Source: Candidatus Undinarchaeota archaeon (lineage in GTDB: Archaea > Undinarchaeota > Undinarchaeia > Undinarchaeales > UBA543). Taken from it: a DNA stretch of 64,000 bases. Below, one piece after another: positions 59,523 to 64,000 of this stretch. Numbering within the stretch: the stretch's first letter is position 1; every line of letters starts with the position of its first letter. Under the pieces are notes generated by a model. The model did not search any database. It saw nothing but the letters and a program-made list of their open reading frames with translations, and was not told where the DNA came from. The translations under genes and the position numbers were made by a program. Where the stretch lies: NCBI GenBank assembly GCA_964567575.1, contig CAZMMZ010000002.1:1-64000 (forward strand). Reading direction: 5' to 3'.

Positions 59523-60673
59523 GCTGAAACACCTCCAGTTTCTGGATCTATTTTATTGGTACTGAAATTTGCAGCAATTCTGATTTTCTTTGCATCTCTT
59601 TCTTTTCCTGTAATCATATTCAAAGCAGGTCCAATTCCTAATCCATATTTTATTGATAATTGTTTGACAGTTTTCTCATAATATTCATCAATTGCTTTTT
59701 CTATTTGATAAAGAGATCCTGTTTCTTTGAAGCTTGTTGAAACTTCTGATAAAACGTCTGAGTAAGGTGTTCCCTCAAGTTGTGATAAAATTTCGTCGAC
59801 TGTTTCTGCTTTTGCAATTGCTTTAAGTTTTTCTTGTGTAAATCCATAAGAAGCATCAATAAGGAAGTTGTCTATGTTGTCAATTTTTCCTCCACTGCTT
59901 CTAAGTCTGAGCATTGTTTTCAAATTGAGAATATCTATTTTTGTTCCAAACATAATTGTTACTGCAACCATGTTCTTGTCTTTTGAAATTGCTATTTTTT
60001 TATGAGCTTTTTCATAAACATATTTGTCAATTGCCATTTCTAAAGGAATTAAATTCTTTTGTTCCTGAACTTTTGGCATAGCTGCGGATACGATTTTTCC
60101 ATACTCTGTTGTTTCTAATTCAGAAGTTGCTTCTTCAATTGTTTTTGATTCAACTAATGTTTTCAAAACATGTTCTTTTAATGTTCCAATTTGATGTATT
60201 AATTCAGCACGTTTTTCTATTGGAGTTCCATTTTGTATGGATCTGAATACCATTTTTATATTTTTAGCATCGTAAATCTTCAGAAGATCTTTTATTACAT
60301 CCTTCATTTCTCCTGGTACAGTTCTTGTAACTTTTCCATAAATTTCAGCGGTGTGTTGATTAAGTGCTTTTTCAAGATCTTCTTCTGAATTTGGATTTTC
60401 CATCTTTGTTAAATAAGGACCATAATCTGTGTTTTCAAGAGTGCTAATGCAATCGATTTGTGTTTTGCTATTTTTTAATTCTTCAATTTTTTGTTTTTTT
60501 AGAAGGCCAGCTTCCATTGCACGTATTTTTGCATTTGTATACATGTATGGAGCAAGGTCTACAATATTCATAATAACTGGAAGTATTAGCACTAAGAATC
60601 CTGCAACAGCTATAGCGACAATGATTGCCACAACCGGTGCGGATAAGACTAATGTCTCCAGTGAAAAGTTCAT
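59519..60673 (-). CDS. atpC: A-type ATP synthase subunit C (with N-terminal TM)
   Basis: YMYTNAKIRAMEA.LL, L..TDYG.Y, D..N.K; operon position. Confidence 0.9.
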   Translation of the reverse strand: MNFSLETLVLSAPVVAIIVAIAVAGFLVLILPVIMNIVDLAPYMYTNAKIRAMEAGLLKKQKIEELKNSKTQIDCISTLENTDYGPYLTKMENPNSEEDLEKALNQHTAEIYGKVTRTVPGEMKDVIKDLLKIYDAKNIKMVFRSIQNGTPIEKRAELIHQIGTLKEHVLKTLVESKTIEEATSELETTEYGKIVSAAMPKVQEQKNLIPLEMAIDKYVYEKAHKKIAISKDKNMVAVTIMFGTKIDILNLKTMLRLRSSGGKIDNIDNFLIDASYGFTQEKLKAIAKAETVDEILSQLEGTPYSDVLSEVSTSFKETGSLYQIEKAIDEYYEKTVKQLSIKYGLGIGPALNMITGKERDAKKIRIAANFSTNKIDPETGGVSA

Positions 60674-61260
60674 TATTTATTTTTGAACAGAATTGCTGCT
60701 ACGTCCCCCCTTATTTTTTCAGAATCTCTTTCCATGATTCTCTCAATACTATTATCAATTTTCAAATTTCCATCTGCACTTTCAATTATAACTCCGCCTG
60801 CAATTTCTACTGTTTTCCCAAGTTTTGATTTAAGTTCTTGTGCTAATTCTTTTCCATACGCTTCATTTTCTTGATTAAAACATAGTTTGCTGTTTTCTCC
60901 TATTGCATCTATACCTTCTTTTGCTAGAATTTTTAGCGCGGTTTTATATCTGCCTGTTCCTTGTTTTGCCATTCTATCCAATTGTGTTTCAGCTTTTTCA
61001 ATTGCTGAAGTTATTGTATTGTCTCTGCTTCTGAGGTGAATGTTGTGTGCTTCAAGATTTGTTGAAGAAAGTATTCTTTGCTGTTCTCGGTCTGCATTCT
61101 TTTTTCCAGTTTCTTTTATTACAGATTTTTCAGCATTGATTTTTTCTTTTTCAGTTTTTCTAAGCTCAGTTGTTTTCTCTTTTGCATCGCTAATAATTTT
61201 ATTAGCTTCTGTTATTGCTTCTTTCATTATTTTCTGATTAATTTTTGTTATTCCTTCCAT
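60673..61260 (-). CDS. atpE: A-type ATP synthase subunit E
   Basis: MEGITKI..KI..EA coiled coil, IAGGVII...G.L.IDNS; GAGGTGA RBS before ATG 61260. Confidence 0.92.
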   Translation of the reverse strand: MEGITKINQKIMKEAITEANKIISDAKEKTTELRKTEKEKINAEKSVIKETGKKNADREQQRILSSTNLEAHNIHLRSRDNTITSAIEKAETQLDRMAKQGTGRYKTALKILAKEGIDAIGENSKLCFNQENEAYGKELAQELKSKLGKTVEIAGGVIIESADGNLKIDNSIERIMERDSEKIRGDVAAILFKNK

Positions 61261-61270
61261 TTTATTCACC

Positions 61271-62731
61271 TCAACCGAATAGGCCAACTCCTAACATGAT
61301 TAATATTGCTATAAGCAAACCAAAGATAGCATATGTTTCTGGAATAACTGAAAGCACAAGGCCTTTTCCAGTTGCTTCTTTGTTTTTCACTGTTGCTCCA
61401 ATTGCTCCACCAGCAACTATTCCTTGTCCAATAGCTGATAATCCAGCAAATCCTACTGCACATCCTGCTGCTATTGATGCTAATCCTGCTACGCTTGTTA
61501 GTGATCCTGCTTTTCCAGCTCCAACAAGACCTACTGCTGCAAGTACGAGAATTGCGACAATGAATCCGTAAAGTGCTTGTGTTTCTGGGAGTACAGAGAA
61601 AACCATACTCTTACCAAACACTTCAGGCTTTTCAGAAACTGCTCCAACACCTGCTGCTGCTGCGATTCCTTGTCCAATAGCTGATAGTCCTGCTACTCCG
61701 ACTGCGATACCTGCACCAACACCTGCTAGTCCAATTGTTTCTGTTATTCCTTGACCACCACCTGATCCAAGTATTCCTGCACCAAGTAATATTAAAATAG
61801 CAATAAGCATTCCGTAAATTGCTTGTGTTTCTGGTAGTACTGAGAAAACCATTCCTTTTCCCATCATCTTATCGTCTTCAGCAACTGTACTAACTGCAGC
61901 TCCAGCTGCAATTCCTTGTCCAATAGCTGATAATCCTGCTACACCAACTGCAAGACCTGCTCCAACAGCTGCTATTCCTGCACCCATTTTTAATGATCCT
62001 ACAATTGTTCCTCCAATCATTCCTGTTGAAACAAGAATTAGGATTGCGACAATGAATCCGTAAAGTGCCTGTGTTTCTGGAAGTACTGAGAAAACCATTC
62101 CTTTTCCAAACATGTCTTCTTTTTCAGAAACTGCTCCAATAGCTGAACTTGCTGCGATTCCCTGTCCAAGACCTGAAAGTCCTGCTACACCAACTGCGAT
62201 TCCAGCACCAAGTGCTGCGAGTCCAATTGGTAATGGGAGTTTTGCAGATGTTGTTCCAATAATTCCTGCACCAAGTAAAATTAAAACAGAAATAAGCATT
62301 CCATAAATTGCTTGTGTTTCTGGTAATACTGAGAAAACCATTCCTTTTCCCATCATCTTATCATTTTCAGCAACTGCGCCGATTGCAGATCCAGAAGTTA
62401 TTCCTTGTCCAATAGCTGAAAGTCCTGCGAAACCAACAGCAATACCTGCTCCAAGACATGCAATTGCAGTACCGATTGAAATATCGGCTGTGGCAGTTCC
62501 TACAATTCCTGTGCCCATTAAAATAAGTATAGCAATAAGGAAGCCGTAAATTCCCTGAGTTTGTGGAAGCGCTTGGAAAATAAGTGCTGTTGAGAATTTT
62601 TCTGGATCTTCTGTAATAGCTCCAGCTCCAGCAGCTCCTGCGATACCTGCTCCAATTCCACTAGCTAGTCCTGCTACTCCGACTGCAATTCCAGCTCCTA
62701 TTGCAGCAATTGCAATTTCTGCAGTTGCCAT
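61271..62731 (-). CDS. atpK: A-type ATP synthase proteolipid (subunit K/c) with six fused hairpins
   Basis: 486 aa, six ~81-aa repeats; PQTQ (Q57), PETQ (E138, E219, E301, E383), PETY (E465). Confidence 0.95.
   Translation of the reverse strand: MATAEIAIAAIGAGIAVGVAGLASGIGAGIAGAAGAGAITEDPEKFSTALIFQALPQTQGIYGFLIAILILMGTGIVGTATADISIGTAIACLGAGIAVGFAGLSAIGQGITSGSAIGAVAENDKMMGKGMVFSVLPETQAIYGMLISVLILLGAGIIGTTSAKLPLPIGLAALGAGIAVGVAGLSGLGQGIAASSAIGAVSEKEDMFGKGMVFSVLPETQALYGFIVAILILVSTGMIGGTIVGSLKMGAGIAAVGAGLAVGVAGLSAIGQGIAAGAAVSTVAEDDKMMGKGMVFSVLPETQAIYGMLIAILILLGAGILGSGGGQGITETIGLAGVGAGIAVGVAGLSAIGQGIAAAAGVGAVSEKPEVFGKSMVFSVLPETQALYGFIVAILVLAAVGLVGAGKAGSLTSVAGLASIAAGCAVGFAGLSAIGQGIVAGGAIGATVKNKEATGKGLVLSVIPETYAIFGLLIAILIMLGVGLFG
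61560..62380 (-). repeat. Internal DNA repeats of atpK hairpins 2-5
   Basis: TGTGTTTCTGG-n-AGTACTGAGAAAACCATTCCTTTTCC-like block recurs near 61580, 61825, 62070 and 62313; hairpin 2 resembles 4 and hairpin 3 resembles 5. Confidence 0.85.
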
Positions 62732-62784
62732 TTTAGTTGCCCCCCTTTAGGGTTTTCTTTTCAATTGATTCATGATTTCTCATT

Positions 62785-64000
62785 TTATTTTTCCTCTATT
62801 GTAGTATAATCTCGACTTACTGAAAACGGTGAATATTTTCTTCCACCGCCACTGTAGAATTTACTAAAGAATTCTACATATTGTAAACGAAGTCCGTGAA
62901 CAAAAGCACCGAGTGCATTCATAGCAAAACTGAATGCATGACCTACTGAAAATATGATTATTGCAAGAAGTATTCCAAGGAATGGAACTCCTGAGACCAT
63001 TCCTGCAAGTAAATTCATTGTCATTGCAATACCACCTGTTGCAAGACATAAAGCAAGAAGACGTGTGAAAGACATAACATCTCCAAAGAATCCTGTTACA
63101 TCGAATAATCCTATAACTCCTTTAAATCTGATAAGTATTACTAATGAAAGTCCTGCAAGTACGTATGCTACATATTTGAGTCCACCTGCTAATTCTATTC
63201 CTAGCATTGGACCAAGAAGAATGAATGCTGCAGCTTGTAGGGAGAACCAAATTATCTGTCCGTGTAACATTTCAAGTTTCTTTCCCTGTTTCCAATTATT
63301 AATTGCTCCAAGAATAAGTCCAAGATTCAAATGAGCAATTCCAACAAATAATGAAACTTTTAGAATAACAAGTGGGTTTGTTAATGGATCAACCCATGGG
63401 GCAAGGTTTGCAGGTTCTAATCCCCAAATATATTTTGGAAGATCTCCCAGATAACTTCCTGTAAGAACCCCAAAGAACATTGTTGAAAGACCAACTGCAG
63501 AAACAATTGTTCCAACTTCTTTCATACTTGCATTGTGTTTTCCAAGTTTTACTAGTAGGAAAGCCCCTCCTATAAATAAAAGAAGTCCATAAACAAAATC
63601 AGTAAGCATCAACCCTGCGTAAAGAATCAAAAGTGGTGTTATAAGTGTTGTTGGATCAATTTCATTATATTTTGGAAGAGAATACATCTCTGTCATCATT
63701 TCGAATGGCTTTGCAATCCATTTATTTTTCAAAAGTACTGGCACATCATCGTCTTCAGTTGGTTCTTCTATTTTTATATGGCAACAATTATGTGAGGATT
63801 TTTGAATAGATTCTGTGATTTTTTTTGCATCTTTTTTTGGAACCCATCCATGCATTATGAATGTTTTTTTAGTTCCTGCCATTTTTCCCAGAGCATCTAT
63901 TCGTTCTTTCTCAATAACAAGTTGTTCTCGTATTGTGCTAAGATTTAAACTCCATTTAGTGTTGAGTTTTTTCAGTTTCTCTTTTTTATTTTTAATATCC
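62785..64000 (-). CDS. atpI: A-type ATP synthase subunit I (5' end outside window)
   Basis: PFEMMTEMYSLPKYNEIDPT, SFTRLLAL, LRLQYVEFFSKFY.GGG; frame is open to the window edge. Confidence 0.96.
   Translation of the reverse strand, partial: DIKNKKEKLKKLNTKWSLNLSTIREQLVIEKERIDALGKMAGTKKTFIMHGWVPKKDAKKITESIQKSSHNCCHIKIEEPTEDDDVPVLLKNKWIAKPFEMMTEMYSLPKYNEIDPTTLITPLLILYAGLMLTDFVYGLLLFIGGAFLLVKLGKHNASMKEVGTIVSAVGLSTMFFGVLTGSYLGDLPKYIWGLEPANLAPWVDPLTNPLVILKVSLFVGIAHLNLGLILGAINNWKQGKKLEMLHGQIIWFSLQAAAFILLGPMLGIELAGGLKYVAYVLAGLSLVILIRFKGVIGLFDVTGFFGDVMSFTRLLALCLATGGIAMTMNLLAGMVSGVPFLGILLAIIIFSVGHAFSFAMNALGAFVHGLRLQYVEFFSKFYSGGGRKYSPFSVSRDYTTIEEK

Overview
Low-GC archaeal chromosome segment made up mostly of housekeeping genes. 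It contains the 5' half of a 16S rRNA gene and five tRNAs, two with introns, including an unusual tRNA-Ile(UAU) directly behind ileS. Informational genes include topo VI A/B, MCM, RPA32, TBP, RpoK, aIF-1A, aIF-2beta, SRP54, FtsY, the S19e-L39e-L31e-LX-prefoldin superoperon and GatDE. Metabolic genes include acs, pyrE/F, ahcY, mtnP, apt, rpe, glmS and a prenyl diphosphate synthase. An A1AO ATP synthase operon (I-K-E-C-F-A-B-D) runs off the right edge. The compact gene packing and content suggest a DPANN-type archaeon with relatively rich biosynthesis, possibly Undinarchaeota-like (inference only). Most interesting signals: (1) an ATP synthase proteolipid with six fused hairpins and five apparently intact Na+-type sites; (2) an integrase-free VirB2/VirB5?/VirB6/PrgI-like membrane cluster with its own Lrp-type sensor and a truncated M6-protease-like neighbour; (3) tRNA-Ile(UAU); (4) a SAM by-product salvage-like cluster with an LsrF-type aldolase/thiolase and a Zn dehydrogenase; (5) two genes absent from the ORF track, each broken by a missing A in a T-AAA-T context, one a free-standing ThrRS editing domain. 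No CRISPR array, transposase or integrase was recognised. All family calls come from recognising motifs by eye, not from database searches.
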